Origin: an uncultured Solirubrobacterales bacterium
GTDB lineage: Bacteria > Actinomycetota > Thermoleophilia > Solirubrobacterales > Solirubrobacteraceae
NCBI GenBank assembly: GCA_963799995.1
Contig: CAWCZI010000012.1
Span: 1,964,492-2,028,491, forward strand
Direction of reading: 5' to 3'
DNA: 64,000 nt
Position 1 is the first letter of the stretch. Each line of letters opens with the position of its first letter. The notes under the pieces are model-generated. The model did no database searches, was not told the origin of the DNA, and saw only the letters and a list, made by a program, of their open reading frames with translations. A program made the position numbers and the translations under genes. Shown here piece after piece: positions 56,597-64,000 of this stretch.

Positions 56597-57204
56597 CGGG
56601 CCTCGCCAGCGTGGCCGAGAAGTCCTCTGAGCAACAGCTCCAGACCGAAATCGAAGTGCTCGTCCAGACGGGCGACCTCATACTCGCCGCGCAGCGAGTT
56701 GAGCAACGGATGGAGCGCGCCACCGTCGTTCCACGGCAGGGCTCGGCGCACCCCGGAAGCCCGTACCGCCTCCTCGAGTTCCCCGCGGGCCAGCACGTAG
56801 GAGAACAACGAGTTCGCGGCGGCCACAAGCTCGAATGCTTCAAGGCCCACCCGGTGAAACACGTCCAGAAGAGCCTCGACCACGTCGAGGACCGAGGGCA
56901 ACTCATACCAGCGAAGCAACACGAGGCGCGACAGGCCAGGAACATCGATCAACCAGGCTCTGAAGTCACGCGCCCAACGCGGTAGGTCATCGATGGAATC
57001 CGGTCGAGCGGGAAGCGACTCGCACAGCCGTGCCAGCACCGCATCCCGCAGATCGCTCGCGTCTGACACATAACGGTAAAGCGCCATCGGCGTTGCCCCA
57101 GCGACCCTCGCCACCGATCGGACGCCGAGGGCCTCCACTCCGTCCGTGCGCGCCAGCTGACAGCCGGCACACACGATCCTCGAACGGTCGAGAGTCGCTC
57201 GCAC
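56593..57204 (-). CDS. TetR-family regulator (TetR_C type)
   Basis: GVEALGVRSVARVAGATPMALYRYV HTH; C-terminal FDFGLELLL. Confidence 0.9.
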   Translation of the reverse strand: MRATLDRSRIVCAGCQLARTDGVEALGVRSVARVAGATPMALYRYVSDASDLRDAVLARLCESLPARPDSIDDLPRWARDFRAWLIDVPGLSRLVLLRWYELPSVLDVVEALLDVFHRVGLEAFELVAAANSLFSYVLARGELEEAVRASGVRRALPWNDGGALHPLLNSLRGEYEVARLDEHFDFGLELLLRGLLGHAGEAR

Positions 57205-57211
57205 GTCTCAA

Positions 57212-57227
57212 GTATACGCCCGTATAC
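57212..57227. promoter_or_regulatory. Candidate TetR operator overlapping the -10 box
   Basis: Perfect 7-bp inverted repeat GTATACG-CC-CGTATAC; TATACT on the minus strand lies 6 nt before the GTG. Confidence 0.65.
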
Positions 57228-57436
57228 CCAGCGTGACTTCCGCAGCGCCCTCTCACGGGGGGTGAGGGAGATTCAGTACCGCCACGGTTCCGAATTTCCA
57301 TCACGTCGGCGGTACAACGTTGCGCTCGTCCACAGCACCGATGGGCGGGAGCGCAACCGGTTCACCCGCCCGCTACTGCCGGATGATCGGTTGCAGTCCT
57401 TCCGGCTACTCGGCCCCAGGGTCTACCCTGCCGACG

Positions 57437-57658
57437 ATGCTCAGAGCATTAGCCGGCAGGATCGACCGTCGCGTGGCGAAGATCATCCTGGCCCGCGCCC
57501 GGCGCCGCTGGCCGCTATTGACGCTGATCCCAGCCGGCTGGCTCGGGCCGCTGGCCATACCGTTGGCCACGCGCCTGCGTCATTCGCTGGCCCGGGGCGC
57601 AATCACGACATCAGCCACGATCGGCGTCGTCATCGTGCTTGTCGCCCTTCTGCCCTGA
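57437..57658 (+). CDS. Small membrane protein (73 aa)
   Basis: TACCCT 7 nt before the ATG; basic N-terminus and hydrophobic C-terminus (GVVIVLVALLP). Confidence 0.5.
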   Translation: MLRALAGRIDRRVAKIILARARRRWPLLTLIPAGWLGPLAIPLATRLRHSLARGAITTSATIGVVIVLVALLP

Positions 57659-57868
57659 GCCCGTCTCGATGTCGCCGGCGAGTACTCCTCGCCGCGGTCA
57701 TACACGATCGCGGACAGAATGCGTGTTGACGGGTGTGCATCCGGTACCCTCCTGGAGTCGATGCCCGCGCGTTTCTCGCCAAGATCTGGCGCGGGCATTG
57801 GTTTGTGCGGCCGTCCCAGTCACTCGGGGCGGCCGTTTCTTGTTGGCTGCTCGCGTGACCGAATGTCC

Positions 57869-58879
57869 ATGAACGCCGTCCCGCTCACGGCAGTGCGCAA
57901 CTGTCGCCGCTGCACCGTGGCGGCCGCGGTGCTGGCCGCGACAGTCGCCGTATCGGGATGCGCGGCCGACGCCGCCCCGACGGGCTCGACCGCGGCGCAG
58001 TCCACCTCGGCGCCGGCGACGGTGGGCGCCACCGCCCTGACCCGCCCGGCGAAACGACCACCTCACCGTCGTCGTCGCCCGCGCCGTCGTCACCCAGCGC
58101 CGCCGATCAAGCATCGCTCGGGCTCCCTCGCGTACTCGACGGCGAGCAACGACATCGTTCAGTCGCAGCCCGCCCCCGCGTCCTGCCACGCGATCGGCAC
58201 AGGCCTCTACTCCCGCCCGGACCCGACCTGCACGCCGGGCGCGCTCAACCCCGCGGTGACCCAGGCGACGATCGACCAGACGATCTGCATCGAGGGCTGG
58301 ACGGCCACTGTCCGCCCCCCGGAGAGCATCACCGAGGCAGAGAAGGCGGCGAGCATGGCGGCCTACGGCGACACCGGCTCACTCGGCGACTACGAGTACG
58401 ACCACTTCGTGCCACTCGAGCTCGGCGGCGCCACGAACGATCCCCGCAACCTGTGGCCCGAACCCGGCGCGTCGCCGAACCCCAAGGACACGGTCGAGAA
58501 TGAGCTGCGCCAGAAGGTGTGCGACGGGCAGATGACCCTGGCCGCGGCGCGGGGCGAGATCGTCACGAACTGGGTGCGGCTCGGCCAATCCTCATCACCC
58601 CCGACGAGCGGTTCACCGGCACCGTCGGCGCCAGCCAAGGGTGCTGAGTGCACGGTCTCAGCCTCCTACAGCTCGGCTTATCACGACTACGACGTCTACG
58701 TTCACTCCAATCAGCCCGACCAGACCGTGACCGTGACCGACGCCTACGGCCATTCGGACACCTGGCATACCGACGCGTCCGGCTACGCCGACATCTACTT
58801 CAAGTCAGGTGGTGGATACGCCTCTGGGCGCCAGGTCACTGCGCGAGTCGGCAGCGCCAGCTGCTCGACGACGCTCTGA
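57869..58879 (+). CDS. Lipoprotein with an HNH/His-Me finger nuclease-like domain
   Basis: Lipobox VSGC; TPGALNP, YEYDHFVPLELGG..N..NLWPEP, K...EN.L...VC.G. The Ser/Pro linker appears to carry a compensated double frameshift (about 58030-58120). Confidence 0.72.
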   Translation: MNAVPLTAVRNCRRCTVAAAVLAATVAVSGCAADAAPTGSTAAQSTSAPATVGATALTRPAKRPPHRRRRPRRRHPAPPIKHRSGSLAYSTASNDIVQSQPAPASCHAIGTGLYSRPDPTCTPGALNPAVTQATIDQTICIEGWTATVRPPESITEAEKAASMAAYGDTGSLGDYEYDHFVPLELGGATNDPRNLWPEPGASPNPKDTVENELRQKVCDGQMTLAAARGEIVTNWVRLGQSSSPPTSGSPAPSAPAKGAECTVSASYSSAYHDYDVYVHSNQPDQTVTVTDAYGHSDTWHTDASGYADIYFKSGGGYASGRQVTARVGSASCSTTL

Positions 58880-58904
58880 AAACGGGCCGAAATCACAGCC
58901 TGCG

Positions 58905-61280
58905 CTAGCGCGGCCAGGTCGGCCAGCCCGGGGGCATGCTCTGATTGGGAATCGGCTGAAACAGCCCGGACGGCGCCCCGAGGCGCACGAGCAGTGCGTT
59001 CATGTTCCGCCCTTCGATCGTCGACCAATCTCCCACATCGGGGCACGTGTGGCACCAGTGCCCGTCCGCCCTCGCCAGCGCCTCGGGTCCGGGTCCGGCC
59101 GCCCAGCCCGACTCCGACCACGGGTACCCCGCGTAGAGCGTGGCGATCTGCTGCCCGGCGCTGACCGTCTGCCCGGCGCGAACGCTGACCACGATGTGCT
59201 CGGCCACATACACGTACTTGCCGGCGAACGGACCGTCCAGAAGCCGCATGACGACGATCCCGCCCCCGGGCCAGCAACTGATCGCCCAGCAGCTCGACGG
59301 ACCCGAGTCCGTGTCGCTGGCCATCGTCACGCGGGCCCGGCCGATCGCCAGCAGCGGCCCGGTGCCCGCATAGTCCACGCCGAGGTCGATCCGCCGCGGC
59401 GTCAGGCCGCTCACCTCCCGGACCGGGTTGACGTAGATCCAGACGTCGTAGTGGACGGTCGTTCGGGCCCGGCTGCCGTTCTTGTCGATCGCCGTGACCA
59501 CGAACGGCACGGTGCCGAGCCGCCCGGTGCCGATCGCCTGGCCACGAGCGACGCTGCCTGTGCACGTGGCGATTGTGCTTGCGACCCCTCCCTCGTCGCA
59601 CCGGAAGCGGGCGCGGATCCGCGAGCCGCGTTCGTATGACGCGCCCCGGGACGGCGTGATCATCGTGATCCGGGGGAGCGCGAACTCGTAGGCGCCGATA
59701 TCGCACGCCCGCCCCTGGGGCCGCCGTACGCCGCGCTGATCGGTTGCGGGACAGCCGCCGTTTCTGCGGGGAATCACGTCGATCGCCGCGCTGCCCGCCC
59801 CGATCGCCATCGTGGTGCTCGGGCCTCCGTTGTCCTTCGGCGGGCCCAGCCCGGGGTTACCGGCGCGACCGGGACAGGTCTGGTCGCCGTAGCTCAGGTC
59901 GTGGCCGCCGTTCGCGATTGCACGGCCGGCGCTGCCGGCGCAGTTCGCGCCGAGGCTCGAGGCGACGATCGTGTTCTGCAACTGCATATCGTCGGCGCTC
60001 AGCGCGGATCGGACGAACAGACCTCCGCCCACACCTGCGGCCCCGGGGGCGCCTGCGCCGGAGCCCGGCGCGCCGCCGGTCCCGACCCCGTTGCCGGCCA
60101 CGGTCGCGTTCCGCACCCGACTGGGTCCCACCGCAACCGCGATCGCACCGCCGCTGCCGCCGCTGCCGCCCGGACCCGTGAGCCCGCCACCGGCGCCGCC
60201 AACGCCCGCGATGTTGCCGTACAGGGTGCTGTCGAGCACCGTCAACAACCCGGCTGCACTGAAGATGCCGCCCCCCGCGGCGCCCAGGCCACCGCTGCCG
60301 TCGCCACCGGGCGGTCCCGCGCCGGTACCTCCCGGGCCCCCGGCCCCCCCGGCTCCGGCGCTGTTGCGGCCGATCGTCGAGGCCGTCACCGACAGCGTGC
60401 CTTGATTGTCGAGCCCGCCGCCGCTCCCGCCCGGCCCTCCACTGCCGCCCGTGCCAGACGCTCCGAGCGGGTTGGCGTTCCCGCTGCCTCCTCCGCCCCC
60501 CGAACCGGCGCGGTTGCCCGAAACAGTGGAGTCGACCAGCGTCAGCCTGCCCTGGTTGTACACACCACCGCCGCTGCCTCCGAGGCCGCCGTCTCCGCCG
60601 TCGCAGCCGGCGCCTCCGCCACTCCCGCCCGCTCCCCCAGCCCCCGCCGTGTTCCCGGTGACCACGACCGTATCGAGGACCAGCGTCCCACCGTTGAAGA
60701 TGCCCCCGCCGCTGCCCGGGGCCCCAGCGTCGACGCCATCGGCGCCGGCACCGCCCGCGGCGCAGCCGACGCCCGCCACGCCGCTCGCCCCCGCCGATGG
60801 GGCTGGTGCTCGCCCGCCGGTGATGGTCAGGCGGCTTAGCACGAGCCGCGCGCCGCTCGCCACCGACAACACTCGGTCGCCAAGCCCGCCCGCATCGATC
60901 ACCGTGGCCCCTACGCCGGCGCCGGTGATCGTGAGCGGCGCGGCGCCGTCCACGTTCAGGTCGCCGTTGGTGTTGTCATCCGCCCCCGCGGGGGGGATCG
61001 ACAGCACGTATCGGCCCGAGCCGAGCACGATCGTGTTCGAACCTCTGCTGACGCGCCCGCAGTCGGGCCGCCTACCCCGCGACTCGACCGCCTCGATCGC
61101 CTCCCGCAGCGAGCACCTCCCGTCGTGCGCGACCACCTCGTCCCTGGTGGTGGTGACCGTCAGGGTGGCTGCGGCGGCAGCCACGGGACTCACGAGCGGC
61201 ACGCAGGTGACGACGCCGACGGCCAACGCCACGATCCGGCAGACGCGCCCCAGATCGAGCGTTGACCGTAAGGCGATCAC
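58905..61280 (-). CDS. Secreted CSLREA / Gly-rich / choice-of-anchor-Q protein with a C-terminal M23-like domain
   Basis: Signal peptide; CSLREAIE; NGG...TDQRG..RPQG..CDIGAYE; RIDLGVDY...YVAEHI..V.AGQTVSAGQ. Confidence 0.82.
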   Translation of the reverse strand: MIALRSTLDLGRVCRIVALAVGVVTCVPLVSPVAAAAATLTVTTTRDEVVAHDGRCSLREAIEAVESRGRRPDCGRVSRGSNTIVLGSGRYVLSIPPAGADDNTNGDLNVDGAAPLTITGAGVGATVIDAGGLGDRVLSVASGARLVLSRLTITGGRAPAPSAGASGVAGVGCAAGGAGADGVDAGAPGSGGGIFNGGTLVLDTVVVTGNTAGAGGAGGSGGGAGCDGGDGGLGGSGGGVYNQGRLTLVDSTVSGNRAGSGGGGGSGNANPLGASGTGGSGGPGGSGGGLDNQGTLSVTASTIGRNSAGAGGAGGPGGTGAGPPGGDGSGGLGAAGGGIFSAAGLLTVLDSTLYGNIAGVGGAGGGLTGPGGSGGSGGAIAVAVGPSRVRNATVAGNGVGTGGAPGSGAGAPGAAGVGGGLFVRSALSADDMQLQNTIVASSLGANCAGSAGRAIANGGHDLSYGDQTCPGRAGNPGLGPPKDNGGPSTTMAIGAGSAAIDVIPRRNGGCPATDQRGVRRPQGRACDIGAYEFALPRITMITPSRGASYERGSRIRARFRCDEGGVASTIATCTGSVARGQAIGTGRLGTVPFVVTAIDKNGSRARTTVHYDVWIYVNPVREVSGLTPRRIDLGVDYAGTGPLLAIGRARVTMASDTDSGPSSCWAISCWPGGGIVVMRLLDGPFAGKYVYVAEHIVVSVRAGQTVSAGQQIATLYAGYPWSESGWAAGPGPEALARADGHWCHTCPDVGDWSTIEGRNMNALLVRLGAPSGLFQPIPNQSMPPGWPTWPR

Positions 61281-61402
61281 GCGCGAGAGGTTCGCAGATC
61301 AAAATGATCGCCAACACGGAGCTTGCCGGCGTCCTCCTCGATTTTCCACCGGCAGTCATCCTCAGAGCGATGCTCGACGGTCCCGAACTTTCGGATCAAC
61401 AC

Positions 61403-61822
61403 TCAGGCGGCGAGCACCGGTCCCAACCGCTGCTCGAGAGCAGCGCGAGGCAACGCGCCGACAACGCGATCGATCTCTTTACCGTCCCGGATCACGACCA
61501 GCAACGGGATCGACTGCGCCCCGAACCGGCCGGCTAGTCCTGGGTTCGCGTCGACGTCGACCTTCACGACCTTGAGGTGTCCCGCGTGACTCTTCGCGAG
61601 GTCTTCGAGTACCGGAGAGATCATCCGACACGGACCACACCATGCCGCCCAGAAATCGACCACAACCGGCACAGACGCGGTGCTCTCGGCAGCAAACGTG
61701 TCGCTGTCGGCGTCGACGACCCACGGCAGCGTCGACTTGCATCGTGGGCATCGCGGGACTCCCTGCGCGATCGGGCCGACGCGATTCCGGGCGTTGCAGG
61801 TCGGACAGCCGATGACAGTCAT
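61403..61822 (-). CDS. trxC: Thioredoxin with N-terminal zinc finger (TrxC/Trx2 type)
   Basis: CPTC..N..CPRC zinc site, DFWAAWCGPC, SIP. Confidence 0.9.
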   Translation of the reverse strand: MTVIGCPTCNARNRVGPIAQGVPRCPRCKSTLPWVVDADSDTFAAESTASVPVVVDFWAAWCGPCRMISPVLEDLAKSHAGHLKVVKVDVDANPGLAGRFGAQSIPLLVVIRDGKEIDRVVGALPRAALEQRLGPVLAA

Positions 61823-62071
61823 CATCACAAAGGGTAGAACCCGGCCGGGCTGCGGTTGCCTCGCCCCCCGATCGAGCCCGAACATCTCACACCTGTCGGA
61901 CCGTCACTCGGCCGCGGCGGGCCACAGGTTCATCCGTCGCGTCCCGGTCAGGGTCCGGTGGTCGGCCGTGAGAGCGGTGAGGTCGTCGGAGACCAAGGAG
62001 TGGCCTCGAGCGAGCGGCGGCGAGCCGGCCTCGATCCCGGCCTGCAGGCGCCACCCAGGAATCCCTGCCCA

Positions 62072-64000
62072 CTACTTGGACAGCATCCACTTGCGGAACA
62101 CCGCCCCCATCACGGTCGGCGTCCCGCCGTAGTCGCGGATCATCAGGGGGCCGCCTTCGCCGTCGGGACCGGTCGGGCACTGCCAGCCGCCGCCGGCGTT
62201 CCAGGTCCATCCGAGCACCCCGAAGACCGTGCCCCGGCCCGCCTCGCCGTCGATCAGCGAGAGGACATGGCTCGTGTAGGCGGCCGTGCCCGAGTCGCAG
62301 TTGCGCTCGCCGAGCTCGCCGAGGATGACCGGCAGCTGCTTGGCGATCGGCTCCAGCTGGCCGGTGAACATCGAGTCCACACCCGAGCCCTCGACGAAGT
62401 CGTACACATGCCCCGAGGCGATCAGCTGGTGCTGGGGATCGGCGGGAAGGTGGCTGAGTAGCTGGCTCAGATCGGCGTTGTAATCAAGGCCGCCGAGCAC
62501 GATCGGCTGCGTCGCGCCGGCGGAGCGAATCGCGTTGACCAGCGACTGCAGCCCGGCCGCGGCGAATCGCGGGGCTCCGGGGTAGATCGAGTCGAGCGTG
62601 CAGCCGTGCAGCCAGCAGTTCCACTCTCCCGCGGGCTGCGGGTGCGGGTTGTTCCAGCTGGCCATCGCGACCTCGGTCACCGGATCGAAGATCACCCCAT
62701 GGTCGGAGCGCAGGTCGTAGGCGAGCTGATGCCATAGCGTCGGCATGTGCCCCGCGTCGGGCATGTACTCGATGCTGGTTGCCTTGACCGTGCCGGGCGC
62801 GTCCACCTCCACGACCGGCATCGCGTACAGGCCGTTGGCCCGCAGTAGCCGGATGTAACTCACCACCGCCTGCCGGTAGCCAGCCGCGTTCCCGTCCGCG
62901 GGCAACCCGTTGATGCCGAGCCAGCAGTCCTCGTTGATCGTGACCCGTACGGCGTTGATCTTCCAGGCGAGCATCGCGTTGACCGAGGCCTGATCGGTCG
63001 GTCCGTCGGCGACGCCGGTCTTGTCATACACGCAGCGGCTCTCGAACACCGCGCGGTTGGTGCCTCGGAGCTGCACCGGGCTCCCGGCTCCGTCGACCAG
63101 GCGAGCCCCCACGACGGCGAGAGTGGGCGAGCCGCCGAGCCGGGCGTTCACGACCCGGATCCGGTGGTCGAGGTGGTCGGCGATCAGCACCGAGCCGTCG
63201 GACGCCACGCTCACTCCGTACGGGGTGTTCAGCTTCGCCTTGGTCGCGGGCCCGCCGTCTCCGCACGCGGCGGTCGGCGTCGCGCACGGAGCGTCGGCGA
63301 CGCCGGCAAGCGTCGAGATCGTCCCGGCGGTGACGACCCTCACGAGATGGCTGTCAGTGTCGGCGATCACGATCGAGCCGTTGGACGCCACGGCGACGCT
63401 GCTCGGGTCGTTCAGATTCGCGGTCGTGGCCCGCACCCCGTTGCCATAGCTCCCAGCGACACCGTCGCCGGCGATCGTCGTGATCACCCCGGTGCTGGAC
63501 ACCTCGCGAACGCGGTTGTCGCCGGAGTCACTGATCACGAACACGCCGCTCGGAAAGACCGCCACGCCGTTCGGGGCGTTGAGAGCCGCCTTCGTGGCCG
63601 GTCCTTTGTCACCGCAGGCCGAGGTCGGGTCGGCGCATCGAGCGCCCGTACCGACGACCGTCGTGATGGTCCCGGTGGCCGATACTTTGCGGACCTTCTG
63701 CGCCTGGTCGTCAGTGATCAGGAACCCGCCGTCGGGTGTCGGCACGGCCCGATCAGGCGCGTTCAACTCCGCCTTCGTCGCCGGGCCGCCGTCGCCGCAC
63801 GCGCCTTGGGGGTTCGCGCAGGCGGCACCCGTGCCGGCCACGGTGGTGATCACCCCGCTCGGGGAGACCTTCCGGATCCGGCGGTTGGCCCTGTCCGCGA
63901 TCAGGAACCCGCCGTCGGCCGTCGGATAGACGCCCGTCGGCTGGTTGAGGTGGGCGGAGGTGGCCGGTCCGCCGTCCCCGCCGAACGAGCCGGCGCCTGC
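62072..64000 (-). CDS. NHL-repeat / GH5 glycoside hydrolase fusion, 5'-truncated by the window end
   Basis: The frame is open to 64000 ([14 protein letters not shown]...). NHL repeats are followed by LRGTNR, W.INAVR..INEDCWLG, FDPVTE (acid/base) and PVILGELG (nucleophile). Confidence 0.85.
   Translation of the reverse strand, partial: AGAGSFGGDGGPATSAHLNQPTGVYPTADGGFLIADRANRRIRKVSPSGVITTVAGTGAACANPQGACGDGGPATKAELNAPDRAVPTPDGGFLITDDQAQKVRKVSATGTITTVVGTGARCADPTSACGDKGPATKAALNAPNGVAVFPSGVFVISDSGDNRVREVSSTGVITTIAGDGVAGSYGNGVRATTANLNDPSSVAVASNGSIVIADTDSHLVRVVTAGTISTLAGVADAPCATPTAACGDGGPATKAKLNTPYGVSVASDGSVLIADHLDHRIRVVNARLGGSPTLAVVGARLVDGAGSPVQLRGTNRAVFESRCVYDKTGVADGPTDQASVNAMLAWKINAVRVTINEDCWLGINGLPADGNAAGYRQAVVSYIRLLRANGLYAMPVVEVDAPGTVKATSIEYMPDAGHMPTLWHQLAYDLRSDHGVIFDPVTEVAMASWNNPHPQPAGEWNCWLHGCTLDSIYPGAPRFAAAGLQSLVNAIRSAGATQPIVLGGLDYNADLSQLLSHLPADPQHQLIASGHVYDFVEGSGVDSMFTGQLEPIAKQLPVILGELGERNCDSGTAAYTSHVLSLIDGEAGRGTVFGVLGWTWNAGGGWQCPTGPDGEGGPLMIRDYGGTPTVMGAVFRKWMLSK

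Noticed and set aside
1-64000. rRNA, tRNA, transposase, integrase or prophage genes
   Set aside because: No such motifs were recognised, and the intergenic gaps are short and otherwise explained.

Overview
High-GC (roughly 70% by eye) bacterial DNA, probably actinobacterial. Small conserved hypotheticals, Ig-like secreted proteins and many leaderless starts suggest Thermoleophilia/Solirubrobacterales (inference). Bases 1-49.8 kb form one large amine/nitrogen-catabolism island with these parts: (i) a gamma-glutamyl/omega-amine operon; (ii) a tightly coupled 9-gene bacterial microcompartment (BMC) operon (6.8-14.8 kb, minus strand); (iii) a divergent FAD amine oxidase, N-methylglutamate synthase-type glxBCD/mgsABC genes, a GntR and a RidA, whose promoters and the BMC promoter region share an operator-like motif; (iv) Zn-ADH, P450, cysteine hydrolase, an orphan divergent GcvPA/PB pair and an NAD-kinase-like gene; (v) a B12 diol dehydratase with fused alpha-beta subunits plus reactivase; (vi) an SDR pair, an APC permease, a second P450, a nitroreductase-like protein, a glutamine-synthetase-like ligase, and a Co-type nitrile hydratase with amidase. 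The BMC operon has a minimal shell (BMC-P, BMC-H, BMC-T) and the APH-kinase + class III aminotransferase + acylating aldehyde dehydrogenase core of aminoacetone-type (AAU/RMM) loci. It also carries three cargo genes I do not know from that type: an opine-dehydrogenase-like protein, an EutQ-N-domain/malate dehydrogenase fusion and an AHL-lactonase-type hydrolase. This locus is the best candidate for an undescribed system. From 49.8 kb to the end the window encodes regulators and large secreted repeat proteins. I found no rRNA, tRNA, CRISPR array or transposase. At least six genes carry 1-nt frameshifts, several in short base runs, which look more like sequencing/assembly indels than pseudogenisation. 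All family calls come from motif recognition by eye; no database search was run.
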